Below, in pieces: positions 1 to 9,897 of a DNA stretch of 64,000 bases (its first letter is position 1; each line of letters starts with the position of its first letter). Source of the stretch: Fibrobacterales bacterium (lineage in GTDB: Bacteria; Fibrobacterota; Fibrobacteria; Fibrobacterales; JAOPTW01); contig JAOPTX010000010.1 of the NCBI GenBank assembly GCA_051532055.1, positions 32,001 through 96,000 on the forward strand, written 5' to 3'. The position numbers and the translations under genes were made by a program. The notes beneath the pieces were generated by a model. That model was given only the letters and a program-made list of their open reading frames with translations, was not told where the DNA came from and ran no database searches.

Positions 1-1011
1 TACGAATCAATTACTCAAGAGAAAAATTGGCAATCTCTTGATTTGCGTGAAATCATAAAAAAGAAACAGCTTGCTCAGTTTGTGGTGAGTTTGATCATGT
101 CCTCATATCAAAAAAAGCTCGGTTCAAAATTAGGTGTACAACCGGGTTCTGAGTTTTTGGCATCAATCAAAACTGCTAAAGATACAGGTATTGCTGTTGC
201 ATTGTGCGATAGAGATATTAAAACAACGATGAAGCGTGCGTGGACAAAAACACCACTGTATAAAAAAGGTATGCTGCTCGCATCAATATTTGGCTCACTT
301 TTTGAAAAAGCAGAGATATCTGAAGATAAGCTCAGAGAGCTTCGTCAGAGTGATGCTATGTCAGAGATGATGAAAGAGATGGGCGATGCCCTCCCTACCG
401 TTAAAGAGACTCTCATTGATGAGCGCGATGAATATCTTGCAGAAAAAATTCGCCAAGCTGATGGCAATAAGAAAGTTGCTATTCTTGGGGCCGGGCATGT
501 ACCTGGTATTATTAAAATATTAGAAAATGACACTCCGGTAGATCTTGATGACCTTGATACTATTCCGAGATCTATCCCGTGGGGGATAATAATTGGTTCT
601 TTAATAGCCGCTTTAATTATTGGCTCGCTTGTCTATATTGGTATGACTAAAGGAGCGGAAGTCGCAGGTGAGAATTTGCTTTTTTGGGTACTTATTAATG
701 GTATTCCCGCAGCAATAGGTTCTCTCATAGCTTTTGCGCATCCTGTGACTACAATTGTTGCATTTCTAGCAGCACCAGTTACCAGTATTAATCCTGCAAT
801 GGGTGTTGGTTATGTGACTGCATTTGTACAAGTGTTTCTTAAGCCACCAAGAGTGTTTGAGTTTGAACAATTGAGTGAGGATGTTGGCCACTATAAGCAA
901 TGGTGGAAAAATCGCATTCTTCGTATTGTTTTGGTTATGATATTCACGACATTGGGTTCTGCAATCGGTACCTACGTCGGGGGATATGAATTAATAAAAA
1001 ACCTCTTCTAA
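1..1011 (+). CDS. TraB/GumN (pheromone shutdown TraB-like) family membrane protein, 5'-truncated by window edge
   Basis: Frame is open from base 1. Motifs GVQPGSEF, CDRDI, LIDERDEYLA and GAGHVPGI are typical of TraB, followed by C-terminal TM helices. Confidence 0.85.
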   Translation, partial: YESITQEKNWQSLDLREIIKKKQLAQFVVSLIMSSYQKKLGSKLGVQPGSEFLASIKTAKDTGIAVALCDRDIKTTMKRAWTKTPLYKKGMLLASIFGSLFEKAEISEDKLRELRQSDAMSEMMKEMGDALPTVKETLIDERDEYLAEKIRQADGNKKVAILGAGHVPGIIKILENDTPVDLDDLDTIPRSIPWGIIIGSLIAALIIGSLVYIGMTKGAEVAGENLLFWVLINGIPAAIGSLIAFAHPVTTIVAFLAAPVTSINPAMGVGYVTAFVQVFLKPPRVFEFEQLSEDVGHYKQWWKNRILRIVLVMIFTTLGSAIGTYVGGYELIKNLF

Positions 1012-1118
1012 TTTTTTGGCTTATCAGGCGAGACCTGCTGCGTCATTGAACTCTTGACGTACCAAAGTACGCCTTCGAGCCCATTTCCTTGTATCTCCCA
1101 GCTGTTAAACCAAAAAAT
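1011..1118. repeat. Long imperfect palindrome (REP/MITE-like extragenic element)
   Basis: ATTTTTTGG (1011-1019) pairs with CCAAAAAAT (1110-1118). Apex is CGTAC-caaa-GTACG (1058-1071) with interrupted pairing in between. A second hairpin GATGCGC-ttt-GCGCATC lies at 1136-1152. Confidence 0.55.
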
Positions 1119-1293
1119 GGTTTTGCTTTTGGATCGATGCGCTTTGCGCATCATTGCGTTCTATTTCTATTTACTTCAATTAATTACTTGTTTGGGTAAT
1201 TGTTGGTTTTGTAGGATTTTTTTGTGAGAACTGCTTTGTTGATGCAGGGTGAGAAGTTAGTTTATGGGAGATTGCTTTTCTTTTGAGATTGGA

Positions 1294-2805
1294 ATGAAAT
1301 TTTCTGCTTTGAGAGTTGTATTTTTGGCACTTTGGACTCTAACTTTTTTAGGATGTTTTGAGAGTGGGGTTAGTACTGCGCCGAGTAATGAACCCGCTGA
1401 ATCACTTTCGGATAGTCTTTTTTTGGCAATACAGGATAGTATTCTAAAAGAGATTATAGGCCAGCAAAGTGACCCTGAAGTACAACGAAAATTGTACAGT
1501 GACCTCTATGGAGAATTTCATGAATTAGAGTCTGAGCGGATAGAGGCTGAATACGATTCACTTGCGCAGTTGTTTGTAGACTCTCTTACCAAAGCCCAGC
1601 ATAAGGAGCAACAATGGGTATTAGATAGCCTTAGAGAGTCGCAGGTGGCGTTGCTCGATAGTATTGTTCTTCTACAGGAGAGGATATACGATAGCCTTTC
1701 GTTTGCGAACCAAGAAAAAGTTGATAGCGCACGGGTTGGCTTATATGATTCCTTACGGGCTGATATATATAGTGACCTTTATACCGCGAGCGGCTCGAAC
1801 TACTTAGGTTTTGGAGTGTATACGCAACAAACGGTAATAAATCCAACACTGTACCCATATTATGAGGAAGTTTTTGGAGGGTATGAACTATTCCAATCCC
1901 TTGCAACAGTAAAAATAGAGAATAGGAATAGGGATGAAGCATATAGAGTTTTGATCGAAGTTGAAATACCGGGATACACTGAAATTGCAACGAAAACAGT
2001 AATATTGGATAAGTCGGGCAGTCAAGATGTATCTCTCTTACCTACTTTAAAGTATGACGTTGTTTCAAAAATTATAGAACAGACTGATGTACAGGTATCT
2101 GTTAGAATTTATCTTGTTAAAAATGATAAAACAGTGTTGATGCATAGTGAGAGTAATGCTTCTTCAATTGCTCCAGCTAATACTTGGTCATCTCAGCGTG
2201 CTTTTGATTATGATAACAACAGTACAACCGTACTTGATGTAGTAAATTATGAAGAGTATATCGTGCGCTGGGCTCAACATAATGATCCATCTTTAGAGGA
2301 ACTCAGTAAAGAGGCAATTAGCTACACTTCTGATCAATCCTTTATTGGGTATCAAGAAATTTCAGGCTCAAGTAAAGAGGCTATTGTTAATTCTCAAGTT
2401 GAGGCCCTTTATAAAGCGCTCCAGGATAGAGATATCCAGTATATCAATAGCACCTTCTCAACTACTGGTCGTCAAAAAGTACTGTTCCCAGGGGAAACTC
2501 TCGCCTCTGGTGGGGCAAACTGTATTGATGGGACGGTTCTTTGGGCAGCGCTATTGAAGCATATTTCATTGCAGCCAATAATCGTGTTACTTCCGAGTCA
2601 TTCATTGATTGGCTGGAGGGCATGGCCTGGTGAGTCGGACATAACCTTTTTGGAGACGACACTGAATTGGAATGAAAGTAATGTGCCTTTTGAAACAGCA
2701 GTTTTTTATGGGGACTCGCTCTATAATGTCTGGAAAGATAGTGATAGTATTACAGTCATTGATGTGATTGAGAGTGCTATTCCATCGTTTCCCATCAGTT
2801 TTTAA
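1294..2805 (+). CDS. Lipoprotein with helical stalk and C-terminal transglutaminase-like (papain-fold) domain
   Basis: Lipobox FLGC after MKFSALR... Motifs GGANCIDGTVLWAA (Cys), PSHSLIGW (His) and FLETT (acidic) resemble a transglutaminase-like triad. Confidence 0.65.
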   Translation: MKFSALRVVFLALWTLTFLGCFESGVSTAPSNEPAESLSDSLFLAIQDSILKEIIGQQSDPEVQRKLYSDLYGEFHELESERIEAEYDSLAQLFVDSLTKAQHKEQQWVLDSLRESQVALLDSIVLLQERIYDSLSFANQEKVDSARVGLYDSLRADIYSDLYTASGSNYLGFGVYTQQTVINPTLYPYYEEVFGGYELFQSLATVKIENRNRDEAYRVLIEVEIPGYTEIATKTVILDKSGSQDVSLLPTLKYDVVSKIIEQTDVQVSVRIYLVKNDKTVLMHSESNASSIAPANTWSSQRAFDYDNNSTTVLDVVNYEEYIVRWAQHNDPSLEELSKEAISYTSDQSFIGYQEISGSSKEAIVNSQVEALYKALQDRDIQYINSTFSTTGRQKVLFPGETLASGGANCIDGTVLWAALLKHISLQPIIVLLPSHSLIGWRAWPGESDITFLETTLNWNESNVPFETAVFYGDSLYNVWKDSDSITVIDVIESAIPSFPISF

Positions 2806-2808
2806 GTC

Positions 2809-2832
2809 AGAACTCTATTCTAGAGTTTTTTA
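2809..2832 (+). terminator. Weak intrinsic terminator candidate
   Basis: AGAACTCTA-ttc-TAGAGTTTT plus T-run directly after the stop codon. Confidence 0.4.
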
Positions 2833-2920
2833 TTATTCAATACGTTTTTGCAAAAAATAGTTGGTTTTAGTTTATACATGAATGATATACTCTCGTTATA
2901 TAATAGCATAGGTGTATCAT

Positions 2921-4969
2921 ATGAAGTTAAAAATTAAGCTTCCTCTAGCGGCCGTTTTGAGTGGTTTAGTCATTTTTGGAATGTTTATCTCTACCTTGAT
3001 TATTTTGAAAACGGTTGAATCAGATACTGAAGTGGTAAGTCTCGCTGGTCGCCAGCGGATGTTGAGTCAGAAAATCTATAAGGATGTTCTTCTGTGTATA
3101 TCTGAAAGTGAAAGTGGCGGTGTTAGGTCTAAAACTAAAGAAAACATGCAGAACGCCATTCGTGTTTTTGACGAGACTTTAGAGGGATTAATTAATGGTG
3201 GGCCAATACCTTTAAGCTTGGAGGTAGATGGTAAAAAAATAGTTGCGCCCCAGGCACACCCCGATGAAGTTAAGAAGTTACAACGGGTAAATGTTATATG
3301 GACTGAATTATCAACACTATTGGAGAAGATTGTTTCTGGGAGGTTTAAAAACAATGTATCCATTAAAGAAATTGATCCTTTATTTGAGAAGCTTCTTTTG
3401 ACTTCAAATGAGTCTGTACATGAGCTACAGCGAGAGTCTAAAACTCATGTAGGGACACTTAAAATGATTCAATTTATCGGTGTGGTCTTGGGAGTTCTCT
3501 GTACGCTGTTCACTTTTTTTATTGTAATTCAGTTGTTGAAAAAACTTGAACGAGCTAATACGGTACTTCAAAAATATAGTGAGGGAGATCTAACAGAGCC
3601 AATACGCATTGATGTTGTTGATGAAATTGACGAAACTCTTAATAAAGTGGGTAAGCTCGGCGAAAATATGACGTCACTCATTAGCGAAATTCATGCTGCA
3701 AATAATATTTTGATTTCAGTCACCGATGACTTTACGCTTCAATTTTCTGAAATATCGGACAGAGCTGAACGGATGAAAGGAAGCTCAATCCAAGTAGCTG
3801 GCGCCACAGAGCAGGCCTCTGTAAGGGTTCGTTCTATTTCTGGTGATGTAGGAAATGCATCGAATTCAGTGAATACCGTTGCTCTCTCCATAGAAGAAAT
3901 GAGCTCTGCAATTGGTGAGGTTGCACAAAATTGTAGGGATGAAGCTGAACTCGCTCAATTAGCAAATGATAAAATTGTGGAATCGTTGAGAATTATGGAT
4001 AACCTCGATACTTCAGGTGAAGAGATTGGGAGGGTTGTGAGCGTCATTAATGATATTGCAGATCAAATTAACTTACTGGCTCTCAATGCAACTATAGAAG
4101 CGGCATCAGCTGGTGATGCAGGCAAAGGTTTTGCTGTTGTGGCAAGTGAGGTGAAAAACCTTGCGGATCAAACGTCGAATTCAACAGGGTTGATTAAAAA
4201 GCAAATTGAAGAGATGCAAGAATACACTAAGGAATCTCACAGCGCAATTGCAGACGTGGTGAAGGTCGTCGAAAAGGTTCATGATATATCGAATAGCATT
4301 GTCCTTTCAATGAGTGAACAGAGTCAAGTTGTTAATGAGATATCAGGTAATTTAGGTAATGTAAATAGTAGTTCACAAAAAATATCTGAAGGAGCTGCTG
4401 AAACAGCCTCTGGCGTAGAAGAGGTTAGTCATAGTATGGGGGACGTGCAAATAGAAATTGGTGAAATAGTCTCCAATCTTGGAGAGTCTCAAAAAAAGGC
4501 AAATGAACTGCAGCTCTTGGCTGGTGAACTGACCAAATTGGTGAATGTATTTAAAATTGAGACAGCTCTTATTAAGTGGGAGGATTCTCTGAGCGTGGGA
4601 GTTGATGAATTTGATAGTGATCACCAAGTATTGATTGGTATGATTAATGACCTTAATCTTGCCATGAGTGAAGGAAAGTCTAAAGACGCTTTAGGGAAAA
4701 TTATTGATGGATTGCTCGATTATACGGAATATCATTTTGGAAATGAAGAGCGGAATTTTAAAAAGTATGATTTCCCTGATGCGGAATCTCATACAGCGTT
4801 GCATAAGGTGTTTGTAGATAAAATTGCAACCTTTCGAGATGACGTGGCTTCGGGGCGTGCAATGGTGTCGAAAGATATTATGGTCTTTCTTAAAGAATGG
4901 CTTATCAAACACATTATGGGTGTTGATCGCCAGTATACTAAGTTTTTTAATGAACGTGGTATATTGTAA
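2921..4969 (+). CDS. Methyl-accepting chemotaxis protein with PilJ/NarX-like sensor, HAMP and C-terminal bacteriohemerythrin domain
   Basis: Two TMs flank [12 protein letters not shown] (P-box-like). MCP core [33 protein letters not shown]. Hemerythrin motifs [18 protein letters not shown], Hxxx[11 protein letters not shown]. Confidence 0.92.
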   Translation: MKLKIKLPLAAVLSGLVIFGMFISTLIILKTVESDTEVVSLAGRQRMLSQKIYKDVLLCISESESGGVRSKTKENMQNAIRVFDETLEGLINGGPIPLSLEVDGKKIVAPQAHPDEVKKLQRVNVIWTELSTLLEKIVSGRFKNNVSIKEIDPLFEKLLLTSNESVHELQRESKTHVGTLKMIQFIGVVLGVLCTLFTFFIVIQLLKKLERANTVLQKYSEGDLTEPIRIDVVDEIDETLNKVGKLGENMTSLISEIHAANNILISVTDDFTLQFSEISDRAERMKGSSIQVAGATEQASVRVRSISGDVGNASNSVNTVALSIEEMSSAIGEVAQNCRDEAELAQLANDKIVESLRIMDNLDTSGEEIGRVVSVINDIADQINLLALNATIEAASAGDAGKGFAVVASEVKNLADQTSNSTGLIKKQIEEMQEYTKESHSAIADVVKVVEKVHDISNSIVLSMSEQSQVVNEISGNLGNVNSSSQKISEGAAETASGVEEVSHSMGDVQIEIGEIVSNLGESQKKANELQLLAGELTKLVNVFKIETALIKWEDSLSVGVDEFDSDHQVLIGMINDLNLAMSEGKSKDALGKIIDGLLDYTEYHFGNEERNFKKYDFPDAESHTALHKVFVDKIATFRDDVASGRAMVSKDIMVFLKEWLIKHIMGVDRQYTKFFNERGIL

Positions 4970-5016
4970 GAAGAGCTTGGGCGTAAAAGTCACAATATGT
5001 AGTGTATATATTGAAG

Positions 5017-5051
5017 GTAAAGGGACGCATTTTGTGTCCCTTTACTTTTTT
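5017..5051 (+). terminator. Intrinsic terminator of the MCP gene
   Basis: GTAAAGGGACGCA-ttt-TGTGTCCCTTTAC followed by T6. Confidence 0.7.
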
Positions 5052-5081
5052 AGGGAAGGAAATTCCTTCCCTAAAAAAGTA
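5043..5081. repeat. Perfect inverted repeat with 19-bp arms
   Basis: TACTTTTTTAGGGAAGGAA-a-TTCCTTCCCTAAAAAAGTA. Confidence 0.9.
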
Positions 5082-5163
5082 GGGTAGATCCATAATTTTC
5101 CGTTGACATAAGGTAGAATAGGTCGAAATGTCTTTAATTTGGCTCTAAATGCCAGTTTTGGTT

Positions 5164-5180
5164 TTGGCATCAGTTTTGCT
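5164..5180 (+). promoter_or_regulatory. sigma54 (RpoN) -24/-12 promoter
   Basis: TTGGCATCAGTTTTGCT has GG-N10-GC spacing matching TGGCAC-N5-TTGCW. It ends ~30 nt before the MerR start, which has a GGAGG RBS. Confidence 0.75.
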
Positions 5181-5211
5181 TTAAGTTTGAGTAAGATCAT
5201 GTGGAGGCACT

Positions 5212-5622
5212 ATGTATAATCAAAATGACGAATTTTTAGATCCGAGTGAATTTGGTGTAGAAGACATCAAAGTGAGTATCGGTGAAGCAGCAAAAATTAT
5301 TGGTGTAGCTGCACACACTATTCGCTATTGGGAGAAAGAGTTTGCTTTTTTTCTTTCATCAAATAGAACGAATGGAAGACAGCGTCGCTATGACGAAAAC
5401 GCTCTTGATAAACTTAAGAAGGTCTATGCTATGCTCAAACGTGATGGGTACTCTATTGCTGGAGCAAAGCGGGCGCTTTATTTTGAAATGAAAAATGGTC
5501 AATCAGAAGTGGCAAGTACGCCAGAGCAAAGTGTATCGAACAGTGAAGGGGAGATCGCTGATAGAATAGCTTCTATGATTAAAAATGAATTAATGAGTAA
5601 GCTTCTCGTTGCAGAACGATAA
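5212..5622 (+). CDS. MerR-family transcriptional regulator (HTH only, no metal-binding Cys)
   Basis: SIGEAAKIIGVAAHTIRYWEKEF...RTNGRQRRY...GYSIAGAK. Confidence 0.9.
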   Translation: MYNQNDEFLDPSEFGVEDIKVSIGEAAKIIGVAAHTIRYWEKEFAFFLSSNRTNGRQRRYDENALDKLKKVYAMLKRDGYSIAGAKRALYFEMKNGQSEVASTPEQSVSNSEGEIADRIASMIKNELMSKLLVAER

Positions 5623-5666
5623 TATGTTATATTGTTTTAACATATAGTCTTATGATCGGATTATAA

Positions 5667-8600
5667 ATGATACAGTACTCTATAGTTATTGTAACCTATA
5701 ACTGTCAAAATGAAATCATTCATTGCCTAGAATCTATACGTCAGCACTATACTAATGCTGGCGTTCAAATTATTGTGGTCGATAATGATTCTACTGATAC
5801 AACTGCTGAAGTCTTACAACGTGAGACTGGTATTGAACTACTCCTTAATAAAAGTAATAGAGGGTTTGCTGAAGCGTGTAATCAGGGCGCGGCTCGGGCT
5901 GAAGGTGAGTTTGTTCTCTTTTTAAATCCCGATACACAACTCACTTGTGGTTCATTAGAGGCATTGGCCGAACCACTGCGACAATCAAAACAGGTTGGTG
6001 CAGTCGGGCCACTCTCAAATTTTGCAGCAGGGTGGCAGAATCTTCGTTATGTATACAACCAACAAACAATGGGGGATGCAAATGATGCTCTCCAAAAAGA
6101 AATTGTTGCAGTTGAGTTATCAAAGACTTTAAAGGGTCAAGCTAAAGAGGTAAAGTTACTCATTGGCTTTTGTGTTATGCTCCGTACTCAGTTATTTAAT
6201 GATATTGGTGGCATGGATAGTGCTCTCATTCTTGGAATGGATGACCTTGATTTAAGTTGGCGCCTTTCTCTCATGGGCAAAAAACTTATTGCCGTGTATG
6301 ATGCCTTTGTGTATCATAAAGGACAAGTCTCTTTTAATGCAACGCCTTCTGAACGCGTTGAACACATGAAAGAAGAGTCACGGAAAGTATTTTCCAAAAA
6401 ATTGATTGATCACTATGGAACGAAAGTTAAAGTACCATCATCGTGGGATTTGTGGGAAATAGATTGGTTTGAGTTGGAAGAAGAGATAGAGAGTGAGATC
6501 GCGATACAGATAGGCGACCCGCAGGATCTAGAGAAGGAACGTTCTATGAGTATTGCTTATTGTATTATGACTAAAGAGTCAACGACAAGTAGAAAATCTA
6601 TTGAACAGAGTATCGATGCGCTTTTTGAACTTGGTGTTTCACCAGATGATATTGTTGTAGCAAATAGTTCAGGCTTGGTTATGACCCAATCGTTTATTTC
6701 TAAAGATGTATTTGAGTGGAATATATCATCAGAGGCACCATTTGCAGAAGTATTAAAACGTGCACGCCGATGGTTTGTGAGTGACGCAATACTTTTTCTT
6801 GTTGGAGGAGTGGCGATTCCACATCTTCAATTTAGTGCTCTTGCCAAACGTGCAACATTAGGTACAGCTCTTTCTGGGCGGTTACTTGATATTAATGCAG
6901 GAACAGTTATCGAACCAGAGCCATCACGCCTTATTTTTGAAGAATCAATTTCGCAGATAGATCTTAATTATTTTCTCATTCCCGAATCAGTACAAGAGAG
7001 TTGTACAATAGAGAATTATCCAGATTTAGTACTTCATGTAACGCATTCAATCGACAGTGAACTTGAGGCGCCCAAAATGGGTGATGATAGTCTCCCTCAG
7101 AAGGTTGGGGAGACAACAATAAATATCCCTACGGGCCTTCCTGCTCAGGTTGAAGCGCTCGTAAAGGAATATCGATCGGTCTGTTTTTATGGAAAGGGCC
7201 AGTTTCTTGATCTCACTGGGAAAGAGATGAATCCTGTTAATGCTAAACTTATAATTTACCGGCTTTCTATTAGTGATATACGTCTTTTGTCAGTGTTGCT
7301 AAAGAGGAATCAAGGTGAAGCATTTCAATGTGCTGCATTCATATTTGATAATAGTATGTTTCAAAGTAGAGAACAAGAATTGTTTACTCAGAAAGGTGTG
7401 CAGCCTATTGATGTTATTCGAGAGGCGCAATTGGCAGGCCTTACTATTAACTCAATAGACCCTTACGAGTGTAATCCCATAGATATTGATGAGGCGTATG
7501 CATCAGTTCGGAGTAAAGTAGAGGGCTTTAATAGAGAAGAGACACTCTATGCAACTGCTCAAAAAATTATGATAACAACAACTCCTTGTAGTAGGGGGTA
7601 CTCATTAGAGAATAAAGTGTCTATCATAATGCTTGCATTAAATAAACTTGAGTATACGAAGCAGTGTATTGAATCGATACAAAAATATACTACCCAACAG
7701 TATGAATTGGTCTTGGTTAATAACGGCTCAACTGATGGAACCAAGGAATATTTTGATTCAATTACAGGCGCGGTTGTTGTGCACAATAGTGAAAACAGAG
7801 GTGTTGCGGCTGGCTGGAACCAAGGCATTGATCGGGCTACCGGTGACTATCTTCTTATATTTAATAATGATACTATTGTTGGTCCTGGGAGTATAGAAAA
7901 TCTTGTACGTGCGGCTGAGAACCATCCCAATGCAGGGATTGTAGCGCCGAGATCGAACGCAATAGCGGGACCACAAATGGTAGAGGGATTTAGGTATGAC
8001 TCAGTGGCTGCTATTCCGAGTTATATAGAGCAATATCAAAATGCAAATGAGTGTGCGGCGTGGGAGTTTACCCGTATTAAAGGTTTCTGCATGCTTATGG
8101 CTAAAGAAACTGTTTCGGAAATTGGCTATTTTGATGAACAATTTGGTTTCGGAAACTTTGAAGATGATGACTATTCATGTCGAGTACTCTACAGCGGGAA
8201 GAAGCTCCTCGTTGCTGATGATAGTTTTATCTTCCATTATGGAAGTGTAAGCTTTGGTCAGGCTGATTGTGACTGGAACGAGCTGATGATTAAAAATAAA
8301 AAACTGTTTGATGAAAAATGGAAAGAGGGGAGAGCGACACTTTCTCAAAACGCATTTCAGCTTCCCGGAGTAACATTGCCTATTGTGCCTACAGAGAATA
8401 CTTTACACGATAGTAACGAAGTACAGCATCATCATGACCCTGCGTGGATAGCCCTTCGTGGGGGTAATTATGATGAGGCCAATCGACTGTTTCTTGATAA
8501 ACTGGCTCAAAATGATCGAGATTCTGAAGTCTATTTTGGGCTTGGTTTAACTGCCATAGAACGAAATCACCCTATGGATGGGTATACTTTTTTCTGTAGA

Positions 8601-9887
8601 GGCCTTGAATTTGATCCTGATAATTCGGCAATAGCTTCTGCAATAACTAAATTTTTACGTGAGCATTCAGCGGCACAAGATATGTTAAATGTACTGCAAG
8701 TACTCTCGCGGAAGTATCCCCAACAAAGAGCATTTACTGACCTTTTAGCGGAGTTACAAACTAATGAGAGTGATGTATTAGATGGTTCTTGGGTTGAAAA
8801 AATTGAAGCCCTTATAGAAGCGCATGAGTTTGTAAAAGCAACGGCACTTCTTGATCAAAAACGTGCATTAGGGGAGTCGGGCTTTGAACTTTATAACCTG
8901 TATGGAGTCCAAGCGTATTATCGTGGCATCTATGATGATGCATTTAATTATTTTGATAAAGCACTTTCGTATAACCCCACTGATGAAGATACACTTCTTA
9001 ACCTCTATGATGCAGGGCTTCGCTTAAAGTTGTGGGGGCGTTTGATAGAAATATTAGAGTATGGGCTTGCAATGAAGCCAGAACTTGATACGGTACGACG
9101 ATGTTATGAAGAGATAAAGTCACTTAAGGAAGAAAGTGTTGACCCTCAGAATTTGATTTTTTATCGCGAGATGAATATTGGGGTAGAAACATTAATTCGA
9201 GAAGGAATGCTCGAGAAGGCTGAAAGTACAGTCGATGAAGTTTTAGAAAAAGAACCTCATAATTATCGAGCCCTTAACAATAAAGGTCTCATTCTGTGGT
9301 ATCAGGGTGATAAAGATGGTGCATGGAATTACTTTAAAGAGTCCCTTGAAATAAATATTTGGTATACCGATGCAGTCATGAATATGTATGACTGTTCTCT
9401 ACTGATTCAGAAAGAAGTAGAATTTGAGCAGTATCTTGATAAGGCATTAGCAGTAGCCCCTGCAAATAGAGACCTTTTGAGTGTTAAACAAGAATTACAA
9501 AGCGGAAAAAGGCCTTCCCGCATGGCAGTTTATTTTGATACTGTTGAAAATCCATTACAACAGAAAGTTGCTTCTGCAAAAAAACTAGTAGAGTCTCAAG
9601 AGTATGAGGCTGCGGTGATGCTTTTTACTGAAGTATTGGAACAAGAGCCAGACAATATAGATTGCTATAATGGACTGGGGATTATAGCCTATTATTGGGG
9701 GAACTATCAGGATTCTTTTAAATTGATTTCTCGGGCAGTGGAGCTCAAACCACTTGATCAGGATAGTCTCTTAAATTTGTGGGATGCTGCTCTAAAAATT
9801 GGTCGTGAAGTCGAAGTGAGAGAAGTGTTGCAGACTGCGGTAACTCTTGACCCATCATTACAACAAGTAGCCGAGACAATTGGATAA
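5667..9887 (+). CDS. Multidomain glycosyltransferase: two GT2 domains, a degenerate middle domain and C-terminal TPRs
   Basis: GT2 #1 SIVIVTYN...VVDNDSTD...NRGFAEACNQG...FLNPD. GT2 #2 SIIMLALN...VNNGSTDG...IFNND...FEDDDYSCR. Multiple TPR helices at the C-terminus. Confidence 0.9.
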   Translation: MIQYSIVIVTYNCQNEIIHCLESIRQHYTNAGVQIIVVDNDSTDTTAEVLQRETGIELLLNKSNRGFAEACNQGAARAEGEFVLFLNPDTQLTCGSLEALAEPLRQSKQVGAVGPLSNFAAGWQNLRYVYNQQTMGDANDALQKEIVAVELSKTLKGQAKEVKLLIGFCVMLRTQLFNDIGGMDSALILGMDDLDLSWRLSLMGKKLIAVYDAFVYHKGQVSFNATPSERVEHMKEESRKVFSKKLIDHYGTKVKVPSSWDLWEIDWFELEEEIESEIAIQIGDPQDLEKERSMSIAYCIMTKESTTSRKSIEQSIDALFELGVSPDDIVVANSSGLVMTQSFISKDVFEWNISSEAPFAEVLKRARRWFVSDAILFLVGGVAIPHLQFSALAKRATLGTALSGRLLDINAGTVIEPEPSRLIFEESISQIDLNYFLIPESVQESCTIENYPDLVLHVTHSIDSELEAPKMGDDSLPQKVGETTINIPTGLPAQVEALVKEYRSVCFYGKGQFLDLTGKEMNPVNAKLIIYRLSISDIRLLSVLLKRNQGEAFQCAAFIFDNSMFQSREQELFTQKGVQPIDVIREAQLAGLTINSIDPYECNPIDIDEAYASVRSKVEGFNREETLYATAQKIMITTTPCSRGYSLENKVSIIMLALNKLEYTKQCIESIQKYTTQQYELVLVNNGSTDGTKEYFDSITGAVVVHNSENRGVAAGWNQGIDRATGDYLLIFNNDTIVGPGSIENLVRAAENHPNAGIVAPRSNAIAGPQMVEGFRYDSVAAIPSYIEQYQNANECAAWEFTRIKGFCMLMAKETVSEIGYFDEQFGFGNFEDDDYSCRVLYSGKKLLVADDSFIFHYGSVSFGQADCDWNELMIKNKKLFDEKWKEGRATLSQNAFQLPGVTLPIVPTENTLHDSNEVQHHHDPAWIALRGGNYDEANRLFLDKLAQNDRDSEVYFGLGLTAIERNHPMDGYTFFCRGLEFDPDNSAIASAITKFLREHSAAQDMLNVLQVLSRKYPQQRAFTDLLAELQTNESDVLDGSWVEKIEALIEAHEFVKATALLDQKRALGESGFELYNLYGVQAYYRGIYDDAFNYFDKALSYNPTDEDTLLNLYDAGLRLKLWGRLIEILEYGLAMKPELDTVRRCYEEIKSLKEESVDPQNLIFYREMNIGVETLIREGMLEKAESTVDEVLEKEPHNYRALNNKGLILWYQGDKDGAWNYFKESLEINIWYTDAVMNMYDCSLLIQKEVEFEQYLDKALAVAPANRDLLSVKQELQSGKRPSRMAVYFDTVENPLQQKVASAKKLVESQEYEAAVMLFTEVLEQEPDNIDCYNGLGIIAYYWGNYQDSFKLISRAVELKPLDQDSLLNLWDAALKIGREVEVREVLQTAVTLDPSLQQVAETIG

Positions 9888-9897
9888 AGGAGATACT

